DNA of 64,000 nt from NCBI GenBank assembly GCA_028023455.1, contig JAQFVV010000003.1, forward strand, positions 11,284,001 to 11,348,000. Reading direction: 5' to 3'. The notes under the pieces are model-generated. The model did no database searches. It had not been told where the DNA came from and was given only the letters and a program-made list of their open reading frames with translations. Source of the stretch: Epiperipatus broadwayi (taxonomy: Eukaryota > Animalia > Onychophora). The position numbers and the translations under genes are program-made. Below, one piece after another: positions 1-11,021 of this stretch (positions are counted from its first letter, which is position 1; every line of letters starts with the position of its first letter).

Positions 1-2949
1 TTCTAATCAAGCAAGCATGAGCTGCATTAATTTATTTTTTCAATGTATTAATAATACAATTATTTTTATATAATAGGCCTTTTTTACTTGCCACATATAA
101 AAAATTGCATACCTTTCAAATATATATTAAACGCATTGCAAAATACCCACAATTCAAAATTTTAGCAATTTAAAAATAAATTGAGTTTAACAAAAGTTAA
201 TTAAAAAATCTATTATGTTTCACAATTTATTAGAAATTTTCTTTTTTAAAAATAACATTAAAAAAAAAAAACTCTCACAATACAATACAATATCTACAAA
301 TTCTAAATTAAGATTAAAAAAAAAAAACCATTCATCATTTTGAATACATTTATATCTATCTATACAGCAAAATATACATTAATTAATCTAAACAACCTTC
401 ATTTTTAACAAGAGCTGCTCTAGTACTATCTATAGTAACCTTGTTTGCAATATACTGCAATAAGATTGACTAATCAAACGATGTTAAATTGCTTCACTTT
501 TATTTAAGAATACATCAGCTTAAGAGATAGTACTATTAAAAATAAATGTTTTTAACTCTTAAAAATCAAGTATTGGTAGAAATAAATTAATTTAATTATA
601 TTCTTTAAAATCTATATATATAATTGAATGGATCATTACTCACGGAGTAATAAGAGGTTTGAATATCAGAAATGACAGAATTTAGTCAGTTCTCAAGTTT
701 GCCATTCTGTTATTACACTAAACTATACATGACATCTGTTATATGATACCTGCAATGCAGGCTTTATAATTTTTAAATAACTCTTGTTAAAGGTCATTAT
801 AATCAAACACTAAAAAACACTTTGTAATAGTTTTGATCAGCAATTCAACTCTTAATAAATCAGACAGCATGAAAAACAGATTTTAAATCAGTTCCTAACT
901 ATAGGTCATTCTCACTAGAGATCTCACTTGTATATAATTATCTAACAATTATTTTGACTTGAAAATTTCAAGCATACAGAAATCACATATTATTTATATT
1001 TTCTTGGCTAAGATCAGAGGACCTTCTCCAACAAGATGTAAAAAATATAAATAAAATAATCTTTTTTTTTAAAAAAAAAATAACAAAAAGTTTAATGACA
1101 TACATACATAATCACAAATTGAAAATACTAAGCTATTTCTGTTAACTAATGAAATGTTAAAATGGCACGAGTATAAAACCATAATTTCAAAATATCTACC
1201 TTCTCATTAACTTTTTACAATTCAACAAAGCTAATTTATATACATGTATAAAAAGGAAATACACATATATAATCACAATTACTTTAATACATCAATAGAA
1301 AGATTAGTTTTCATTAGAAAATAGCCTGATAATCTGGCATTATTTTCAGATGAAAACCAGTCCTCAGGTTGAAATATTAAAAAGTTATCTAGATAAATAA
1401 TAGTACTTCATTTACATATATATTTACCTTTATATATATATATATATTTTCTTTAGTTAGATTTTATATATTTCTATATACATATATAACATCCTCATTA
1501 TGTTGAAGCAGTCTTAAATAGTCTATTGAAAGTTGTCTTTTTGCAGAAGAAAGTGAAAAGCAGGTCAGGGAATAGCTATTTATAAGAGTTTTTGTGTTTT
1601 TCCTGCCTTGGTTTACTTGACAAATAATTATAAAAGTTTGAGAATGAAAATATCTATCAAATAAAAATAGTAGGTAATAATCCTAGTTCTGATCATAAGT
1701 CCTCTGACTTCATATTTTACTTTTAACATTTCAATAATTGCTTCAAAAAGAAACTTAGTTGAATCTCATATTTATGATATTAATTCATATTTGGCTTAGT
1801 AGATGTTTCTTGATAATATTTTAATTGTTTATATTGTATTATACTAATGTAGATAGGCAGTTAAGAAAATACAGAAATAGCCTGATAAACAGATAAAATG
1901 ATGGATATTTTTTAAAAATCCATATTGCATGTAATATTTATATATGCATGTGTAATATTGAATATATATATATTATTTATATAAGTAATAAAAAAATATA
2001 ACACAGTATAAACTTTAAATAGAGCAAAGGCTTGTTTGCTATAATTATTAAAGATGCAGATAAGTAGATATTAAATATTAATTCATTACAAACAATAAAA
2101 GCAAAGATATAGAATTGACAAAATACTATAGGCTAGATTTACCCATACTTAAACAATAACTCCAAAAGTACATGTATATTAAACACATAGCAAAAAATAT
2201 GACTACTTACATATTTTTCCATAAACATTAATTTCTAAGTAATAATTAAATTATATAAAAAGAATAAAATACTTCCCTTATATTGCAGATAAAAACGGAA
2301 TACTTATAAGTCCAGTTGATGCTTTTGAGAAATATCATTTAACAGCATATTAGCATTGCAAAAAAAAAAAAACCCAGTAAGATCAAAATATCTGATATTT
2401 CATTTTGGTCTTAGTAAACAGATGGATTTGTAATAACTCAATTTATTGATGTCATCTCTCAGATCTCTGACTGATTATAAATAACTCAATTATTATAAAA
2501 CATTTTCAGAATTTGTTTTAAGTAGATGTGAAGTTCATTTAGATAGTTAGTTTACTTGTATTATATAACTATAGTTTAATTCATTACATAAGAATGTCAG
2601 TAACACTAATACACAGAATTATATAGTTTAATTGTGAAACACCCTTCTAATCAAAGCAATACACATCTAAATGCATTTGGCATTTAATTTCAAACAAAAT
2701 ATTCTGAAAATATTTTATAATAAATAATTATTAATAATAAATCATAAGTGAAAATGAGATGGCAGTTATTAGTTAAATATGACTTTCATTATTATAACTA
2801 TTCTATTTACTTCTGAGAATATTCTGCAAAATACAAAGCGATATATCAAGGGTCAAGAAAACTCACCAAAAGATATTATTTGTATTATGTAATACTCAAA
2901 TATTTTACACTAATATTTCACATATTATGCCAATAATTCTATTTTTATT

Positions 2950-3800
2950 TTTATTTTATGTTGCTTAGTACTTTCGAAGAGCAAGACCTTCATTTTCAAA
3001 GCTCTGGAAAATTGTAGTGTAGACTGTTCTGCATGAAAAATGCAAAATTATGCAAATCAAGTTTGCCATTTCTTGGAAATGGCATAAAACATATCTCTTT
3101 TATTTATGGAATTAACATCCAAAACAATAAAATAAGCCTCCTTAATCTTCCTCTTTAACTCATGTCACTTTCTGCATACCTCCCAAGGATTATCTGGAAT
3201 GCAGGGATGGCCCACTGTAGTTCAGTGCTGTGCAAAAATAGATGGATAGGAGGAGTCTGCTAGTACTTTGTTGTATGCATGCTTATGTTGTGATAATCTT
3301 GTATGAACCAAAGCCCTAGTCTCCCCATAATATGATGCACGCAATTATTTTCAGAGCAAGCAATATTATACACAGCCTGCTGCATATATATTGGAAGGAG
3401 TTGATCCTTGGTATTGTTAATGAGTATGTTGAACTTGAGAGGGATTTGATAGCATAAACTAAAATCATTGTAAAAAATTGTATGTAAGTTCGTGTATATA
3501 TTTCTTACATAAGGCAGTAGAATTCTGATTCAGTTCTGTATGTTTGCTGGGTCGGATTGGCATTTAAAATTTTTAATTACACAATCAATCAATTTTTTAT
3601 TATACTTCACTTTTAGTAACTCAGCCCTAAATCTTTCAATATTCACTTTTTTATCAGCTTTGAAGCTGCACAATTTAGAGTTTCTATGCAGAAATACTTT
3701 CAATCCAGCCAATTTATACCTGTTGGGTGTATTTTATAAATGATGGATATGCCTCTTATGTTTATGGGTTTGATTAAGTTAACTTTTCATAATTGCCAGG
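2950..3800 (-). mobile_element. Penelope-like element remnant: RT thumb plus GIY-YIG endonuclease and 3' end
   Basis: Broken minus-strand frames read LCS...ERFRAELLKVKYNKKLID (ORF 3530-3712), AVYNIACSENNC.., TRLSQHKHAY..SIFAQH*TTVGH..RKIKEAYFI..NSINKRD..ISKKW. This matches the PLE GIY-YIG C-terminal layout. Stops and frameshifts are present. Confidence 0.75.
2963..3003 (-). ncRNA. Degenerate minimal type I hammerhead at the 3' end of the PLE remnant
   Basis: Minus strand GCT-TTGAAAA-T-GAAG-gtcttgct-CTTC-GAAA-GTAC-TA-AGC. The core has two mismatches to CTGANGA. It has a 4-bp stem II, a palindromic stem III and GCT/AGC stem I, just after the PLE stop codon. Confidence 0.5.
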
Positions 3801-5059
3801 ATTTCCCAATAATATTTTTAATTTTTGCAGTAATACATGATTAAACCAGGATTATAACATCATCAACAACTACTTCACATAAAGAGAGTGAAGTATACAC
3901 AACAATTCTTTTCATTTCACTAAATATTTTAGTTCAATCATTATCATCCATTTTCTCTTACATGTTTAAATCATTAAAAAAAACCATTGAATCCATAAAT
4001 ATTAAAAAAACTTTTTCCTCAATTCAACTATTACAATAGTATATTAAGAATATATTACATCTTTGTTTAATCATTTTCAACTTCTTTATAATTATGCAAT
4101 AAGTTAATATTTCTATCAAATATAACTATTAAATCAATTTTTAAAGGGATATCTCACAAACTTCTGAATAATTTTTCCAACTTACTTAGCTATACTAATC
4201 AAGATTTTCAGCATTTAAAGGCAACCAAGTAATGATATGGAAGAGACCACCATTACTACACATTAAAAGTTACATAAACCACACTAACCCGATATTTTTC
4301 ATTGCATAAAATAATTTAAAAACAATATAAACAACAATATTTGTTACACCATATTGTATTTTGTCCTTTACTTCTAATGTGCTACAATTTTATCATACCA
4401 ATGGAGCTGTTCTTACCTATTGATATTATTCCAATGGAGCAATAATCAAACATCAAATTATACATGAAAGTAATAAATATTTTACTGCATCAAACATTAT
4501 ACATCCAGTAGTTATTCAAATTTATTAAAAAAAAATATAATGCAACTTTTGCTAACAACTTTATATAACTTGGACATACTCTAGAAAAAAGATTTATGAT
4601 TCTAAATAAGCAAATCAATTAATATACTAATCATAAGAAAAAAAATCATCTGTCAAAGTACATATGTTCAGTGGGAAAGTGAAATGTCAAAATTTTGTGG
4701 GCACATGGAAAATTAGACCCATTAAATAGTTGTTTAAATCTAGTCTATAAATTCAAACTATGAAAATGCATGGAATTCTTATTAAGTAAATAAAATTTAA
4801 ACAAAAGATGTACTGATAAAATATAAACCTACTATTGCAAGAGTGAATGATTATTAGTTGACATCCATTTAATATCACAATAATCCAAATGTTCATCTTT
4901 ATGTTAAATAATATAGATGATGAGATAGAATAATTTTAGAGATATCTCAAACTAATGTTTGATAATGTGCTTCATAAAGAAAAAAATTAACACCTAAGGA
5001 GTTTGGAATTTTTAAGAATGTAAGTTATAATAGAGATGTTATGGTTAAATATGGTTTTA

Positions 5060-5460
5060 AAAAAAAAAGCAGTGAAAGAATTTTAGAATTTTCCTTCAGA
5101 TTATTATATGATGATCTAAAAAGCATTATAAAAAGTGGAATTGGAGTTCAAATATTAAGGAAGACAAGAAATATAAGAAACATAATGCTAATATGATAGA
5201 CATCATCAATATAGCAATGCAACTTTCCAAGAGTTGATATTAACTCTTTTGAAAAAAGAAAGGAATACAGTGAAAGATTTTTAAAATTTTCCTTCAACTT
5301 ATTATATGATGATTTGAAATGAATTATAGAAAATGAAATTGAAGATCAAATATTAAAGAAGACAAGAAATATAAAAGACATAATGCTAATAAAAAATGAT
5401 GGTCATCATCAATGTAGAAATGCAATTTTCCAAGAGCAGATATAAACTCTCTTTACAATT
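5060..5460 (+). repeat. About 198-bp tandem duplication of a decayed LINE RT fragment
   Basis: The block gcagtgaaaga...tttccaagag occurs twice and encodes GIGVQIL..IRNIML-like RT remnants. Confidence 0.5.
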
Positions 5461-5877
5461 TAATAATTAAAAAAAGTAATAATGCACTTGCATCCATGGG
5501 ACTTTTTATATCTTTCCAATGAGTAGTAAAGGTTGCATTTTTTATTTTTACAATGAGTGTAAGATCACATTTATCAAGCTAAAATAATATGAAACCTTTA
5601 CTTCTAGCTAAAAGTAACTTTATATTCATTTCTAACAATAAAATAATTAGCCAAGTTGATTATAAAATGTCAACATTGTTTGTGGTTTGAAAATACTTTA
5701 AAGTTCATTCAGTCCAGATTCAATCCTCATGTTATGCAAATAGCAAACGTAAGTGTTAATTATTATGCAATGAGATTTTATAAGCTGTTCAGAAAAGTTG
5801 GAAATATTAAAATATCACAAAATGCTTTAAAAAGTCAAAAATGAATACACATCCAATTTTTTTTTTCATGTGACAAA

Positions 5878-5949
5878 GCACTGACTGGGAAGCGAACCCC
5901 ACACCAGCTGCTTGGAAGGCAGCTATGCTAACCACAAGGCCACCAATGC
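5878..5949 (-). pseudogene. tRNA-Gly(TCC)-derived SINE-like copy
   Basis: GCATTGGTGGCCTTGTGGTTAGCATAGCTGCCTTCCAAGCAGCTGGTGTGGGTTCGCTTCCCAGTCAGTGC. The anticodon arm GCTGC-CTTCCAA-GCAGC is intact, while the D- and T-arms are damaged. It is followed by TTTGTCACATG and an A-run. Confidence 0.8.
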
Positions 5950-6249
5950 TGGACTACAGAACATCTCAAAAAAAGGTTCTGAAGAAACCACATAATTAAC
6001 AATAAAACAAAAACACTGAGAAGCAGAAGCAATAATTCAGAAATCTCAGAACAAAAATGTAGGGTAAAGTGTAATAAAGTAAAAACAAAGTCAATCAAAA
6101 GGAATATATTGACATATCTGAAATATCAGTGAAAAGATATATAAAAATAATTTGATGAATATCATCAGCATTTTCCGCTATTATCAATTCTCTCTAGAAT
6201 AAAAGTCTAAGTTTAATCTAGTTTCTATGATCAAAGTGATCCATAATCT

Positions 6250-7130
6250 CTCTTCTCCATATAATAGCAGCAAACTTTTTTATTTCATTTATCTCATATA
6301 TAGTCTCTTTCTAGATCTTATATAATATTTGGGAACCAATTTAAAACTTCAACTGTTCATCTATTATCTCTTCTAGCAATATATCCATCCCAGCTACATT
6401 TCAGTTTAGTAAATTCTTTCAATAATGTCAATGATATCTGTTCATTCTCTTATCCATGTATTTCATTTTCAATCTCTTCTTGCTATTCCTAACATCACAC
6501 CATTTCATATTTCATTGAGAAGTCTGAAGTTCTGTATTGCCCTTCTGTTACCTGTACAAATTTCAGATCTATAAGTAAAAAACCAGTAAAATTTCTTTTA
6601 TTAAAATTTTTTCTGTTCATACACATAGGCATATTTCTTTCTACTACTAAGTTATTTTTACTAAAACCTTTCTATCTAAGTTTAATTTAATAATTAAATT
6701 CATCTATTATATTTACATCTGTATTATTAATGTGACCTAAGTATTTGTAGTTATTAACTTCTTTTAAAATTAGCAATCTTATTTTCTTCTAAAAAAAATC
6801 CATTGAATATTTCTTAAATCTTTTTAGCATTTATCTTTAGTCCTACTATCTTACTTTCATCTGAAATTTCTTCAAACTCTGAAATAATTTTTGCAAAAAC
6901 AACCACATGGTCTGCAATATTTAGATGACTATAATAATAAACTCCATATATTTCTATTCCCTTAGTATTTCATTTTAATCCCAAGAAATATTTATTTTAA
7001 AACTGCGGTAAAAAGGTTTGGAGATAAGGATTCATCCTGTCTTACATATTTCTCAATATTAATATTCTTAATATTGCAATGTAATCTAATCACTGCTTTT
7101 GCATGACAGTTCTTAACTGATTTCAAATGA
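6250..7130 (-). mobile_element. Heavily decayed RTE-clade LINE 3' fragment
   Basis: Recognisably similar to 39684-40465 (acacataggcatattt, gggcaatacagaacttcagac on the minus strand), with many stops. Confidence 0.65.
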
Positions 7131-8009
7131 GTTTAGTTTTCCTGATAAATATACATATTAAAAAGTATATAGGATAATAAAATCACAGCGAAAACAGTGA
7201 ATAATGAAAGATAAATATAAAAAATCCTCATAAACAAAAATTAAACAATAAGACTATTCTAAAATACAAACAAAACTTTGATTTAATTATCTGGCTATCT
7301 TCTTAGCAAGAGTGAATAGGACTCATACTGCGTCTTTAAAATAAAAATTAAATCTATTAGAATGTATCAATGTGACAGTTATTTTTTCATCACTTGATTT
7401 ACAAATAGAAAAAAAAACTGTTAGATTTTTGAAGTATTAATTTAATAAATTACTGACTCATAGTATTTTGTATTTGGGCAGTGAATAGTAGACAAAGACA
7501 TGGTAAAGTAAATAATTAAACAATTTGAAAAGTATTTAACATGTATGGCATAGATTTTTTTCAACCACCACTAATAATAATAAAAAACACCATTTAGGTT
7601 GATTAGTTATGAGATATGTTAGGTTATGATTGGAGACATAAATAAAACAATGAATTCAACTAATTGTCCACCAATTACAAGCTTACAATATATAGCTCTA
7701 AAATAGGGTTAAAAAATTGCTCTTGCAATTATTTAGATAAAATATAAATATACAATTCTGAGATAGATTTTCAAATTTATTTGTTTTGACAGTTACAAGA
7801 TATAATAAACCCAATGAATTTTAATGCTTTTCTTTACAAACTGTTAGCTCAAAAAATGGGAATTATTTGTAAATTTTATGCATTTATTCATTATAAAGGA
7901 GCCAAGATATTTGCAAGCACTCAATTATCTTGGCTGTCAAGTATTAAATAATGCCTATGTTATATATAGAGTACGTAAAAATACACACTCTTATCAAGCT
8001 TTTAAAATA

Positions 8010-8064
8010 CCCTCAACCCCAGACCGCGGTTTCTGCATCTAGCGTCGTCAGTGAGGTGCTAGGG
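8010..8064 (-). ncRNA. Type I hammerhead ribozyme, RZ-A copy 1 (antisense arm)
   Basis: CCCT-agc-ACCTCA-CTGACGA-CGC-tagat-GCA-GAAA-CCGCGG-TC/TGGGGT-tg-AGGG. Confidence 0.8.
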
Positions 8065-8454
8065 ATTAAAAACACTAGAACTAGTCTAGCATTTTATCAA
8101 TGCCTAACTATTGAGAGGAAAATCTGAAACTTTCAGACATTTAAATGTCCAAAAATCCAGCTATCTAACTCAAATAGCAGTATGGGACTGAACTAAATTC
8201 AGATACACCATATATTAATAGCTCTAGCAATATAAAATCACTAAAGCCTTAAAGCCTTAATTGATATTAAGGCTTAGCCAATTTTATATTGCTAGAGCTA
8301 TTAATATATGGTGTATCTGAATTTAGTTCAGTCCCATACTGCTATTTGAGTTAGATAGCTGGATTTTTGGACATTTAAATGTCTGAAAGTTTCAGATTTT
8401 CTTCTCAATAGTTAAGCATTGAAAAAATGCTAGACTAGTTCTAGTGTTTTTAAT

Positions 8455-8509
8455 CCCTAGCACCTCACTGATGACGCTAGATGCAGAAACTGTGGTCTGG
8501 GGTTGAGGG
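8455..8509 (+). ncRNA. Type I hammerhead ribozyme, RZ-A copy 2
   Basis: CTGATGA 8468-8474, GAAA 8486-8489, stem III CTGTGG (CpG-decayed), GUC site ending at 8497, stem I ACCTCA/TGGGGT. Confidence 0.75.
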
Positions 8510-8830
8510 TATTTTAAAAGCTTGATAAGAGTATGTACTTTTACGTACTCTATATATAACATTTGTAAATGCGAGCTTTATTAAAATTAGGTCATATGAC
8601 ATCTGGCTTGATTTTTTATCAATTTAATTTTAGTTTTTGCTATTAAGGCTTTGGCGATTTTATATTGCTAGAGCTATTAATATATGGTGTATCTGAATTT
8701 AGTTCAGTCCCATACTGCTATTTGAGTTAGATAGCTGAATTTTTGGACATTTAAATATCTGAAAGTTTCAGATTTTCTTCTCAATAGTTAGGCATTGATA
8801 AAATGCTAGACTAGTTCTAGTGTTTTTAAT

Positions 8831-8885
8831 CCCTAGCATCTCACTGACGACGCTAGATGCAGAAACCGCGGTCTGGGGTTGAGGG
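8831..8885 (+). ncRNA. Type I hammerhead ribozyme, RZ-A copy 3
   Basis: CTGACGA 8844-8850, GAAA 8862-8865, palindromic ACCGCGGT, GUC site ending at 8873. Stem I ATCTCA/TGGGGT is kept by a G.U pair. Confidence 0.8.
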
Positions 8886-9145
8886 TATTTTAAAAGCTTG
8901 ATTAGGTCATAAGACATCTGACTTGATTTTTTATCAATTTAATTTTAGTTTTTGCAATTAAGGCTTTGGCGATTTTATATTGCTAGAGCTATTAATATAT
9001 GGCGTATCTGAATTTAGTTCAGTCCCATACTGCTATTTGAGTTAGATAGCTGTATTTTTGGACATTTAAATGTCTGAAAGTTTCAGATTTTCTTCTCAAT
9101 AGTTAGGCATTGATAAAATGCTAGACTAGTTCTAGTGTTTTTAAT

Positions 9146-9200
9146 CCCTAGCACCTCACTGATGATGCTAGATGCAGAAACCACGATCTGGGGTTGAGGG
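9146..9200 (+). ncRNA. Type I hammerhead ribozyme, RZ-A copy 4 (stem III damaged)
   Basis: CTGATGA 9159-9165, stem II TGC/GCA fully paired, GAAA 9177-9180, CCACGA-TC. Confidence 0.65.
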
Positions 9201-9522
9201 TATTTTTAAAGCTTGATAAGAGTGTGTATTTTTACATACTCTATATATAACATTTGTAAATACAAGCTTTATTAAAATTAGGTCATATGACATCTGACTT
9301 GGATTTTTTATCAATTTAATTTTAGTTTTTGCTATTAAGGCTTTGGCGATTTTATATTGCTAGAGCTATTAATATATGGTGTATCTGAATTTAGTTCAGT
9401 CCCATACTGCTATTTGAGTTAGATAGCTGGATTTTTGGACATTTAAATGTCTGAAAGTTTCAGATTTTCTTCTCAATAGTTAGGCATTGATAAAATGCTA
9501 GACTAGTTCTAGTGTTTTTAAT

Positions 9523-9577
9523 CCCTAGCACCTCACTGATGACGCTAGATGCAGAAACCACGGTCTGGGGTTGAGGG
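9523..9577 (+). ncRNA. Type I hammerhead ribozyme, RZ-A copy 5
   Basis: CTGATGA 9536-9542, GAAA 9554-9557, CCACGG-TC, site ending at 9565. Confidence 0.75.
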
Positions 9578-9590
9578 TATTTTAAAAGCT

Positions 9591-11021
9591 GTACATCACA
9601 TTTCCTATGTGGATGATGTAAGCATATTTTTGCCAAATAAAAAGTTCCTTCCAATCATCCACCAAATTATTAAAAAATATGAATCCAAATTGAATCTTCG
9701 TGTAAATTATTCCAAGTCTTCTGTTTGGAAAATGCTCACTGGAAAGCCCACTCAATCTCAATTTACTTCAGAACCTCAAAATTTTTTAGGCTTTCCATTG
9801 TACAAATCTTACATGCAAATGAGAAAAAATATTCAACAAAACATTCTTGACAAAACCATGAAAACAGTAAATTCACTGACTCAAATTTTGATCTCCCTAC
9901 CTGGCAAAACTTCACTACTAAATATGCTGATATTGCCAAGAATAAACTACTTCCTGCCTATAAACCAACCAAAGTCTTTGTCAATAAGATCAATTCCATC
10001 TGCTCCAGACTTTTTTGGAAGGGCAAAGTGGTTGCTATTAGTATAGCCAAAATGCATATGCCTAAAGAATTAAATGGGATGGGACTACATTCAGTCTCCA
10101 CATGCTATGCCCACAAAGTATTTAGTGCCATACGAGCAATGTACAGGGAACAAAGAAATTCAAATTTTCCTCTTCCAATAGAACCCACAGATACCCCCTT
10201 CCCATTGAGAGTAAGTGGATTTTGGGAATTTTAAACTTTGCGAAAGGACTCATAAATGTAACACAGTCTTCCTTCCAATGCAAAAAGACATATTGGGAAA
10301 TTTATGGCCTGATTTATAAGGATCAAGCTTTACTTCACAGTGAAATTGATCTAAATAACAAACTATTAATCAAAAAACTTAAAGGTTGGTACATTGAATC
10401 AAAATTTATCGACTTTATCATAAAGCTGAACCTACTAGCATTACCCACTAACCACTTTCTAGTGTGGAAAAGAGGTTTTAATAAAATTGATCCTCAATGT
10501 CAACTTTGTAAAACGACTGATGAAACTATTCAACATCTCCTTTACATGTGTCCCTACTTTAATAACATTAAAGCATTGATATCAACTAAAGTAACAGTTG
10601 ATATTAGAATGCTATTATCTATTAAGACAGCCATCAACAGTAGTGATATTTCCATAATCAGATTGGCCATCTTCTTTACCTATGCAGTCTGGATTATCAG
10701 ATGCCAATTTGTCTTTGAACAAAACACCCTCAGTGCCCAGAATGCCTACATTGGAGTAATTAAAAAAATTAAAGACAGAGACAAAATGCTTACACCTTCA
10801 AATTTATTTTGGGACACGTGGAATAAGGTTTTGTTTTTATAAACAATTCTTCAAAGCATACCTCGAAATTATAAGGAAACAACTTGTTTGGGACTAGAAT
10901 CAGAGTGGCTTCTTTGAAGCAAAAGACAGTGTAGTTCAAAGTCATGTAAATTTAATTTAACAGTTGTAACAATTTTTTTTTCTTGTCTAATAAATTATTT
11001 TGTTTTTTTTTTTTTAAAAAA
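9591..11021 (+). mobile_element. 5'-truncated Tx1/L1-clade LINE (RT C-terminal half plus zinc-finger domain) nested in RZ-A
   Basis: Frameshifted ORFs 9549-10842 contain SYVDDVSIFL, LRVNYSKS, GKTSLLNMLILPRINY, LALPT and CQLCKTTDETIQHLLYMC. There is an AATAAA, an A-tail at 11016-11025 and TSD AAAAGCT (9584-9590 / 11022-11028). Confidence 0.9.

Noticed and set aside
1330-1372. Minus-strand CTGAGGA...GAAA
   Set aside because: Stems I, II and III do not pair.
2289-2351. Possible terminal exon (KNGILISPVDAFEKYHLTAY*) after ttgcAG
   Set aside because: It is short, I recognise no homology, and no partner exon was found.
8267-9590. RZ-A unit as U3 snoRNA (CTGATGA box C-like; CGCGGTCTG resembling the U3 3' end), other snRNA, or a dicistrovirus IRES
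   Set aside because: There is no U3 5' box A region, box D reads CTGG, and no Sm site was found. The hammerhead fold explains the same bases completely.
8267-9590. CRISPR-like array
   Set aside because: The whole ~376-nt unit repeats, there are no unique spacers, and the context is eukaryotic.
9460-9654. 64-aa minus ORF, and the N-terminal extension of ORF 9549-10046
   Set aside because: Both are chance frames across the repeat-LINE junction. RT similarity starts only at 9591.
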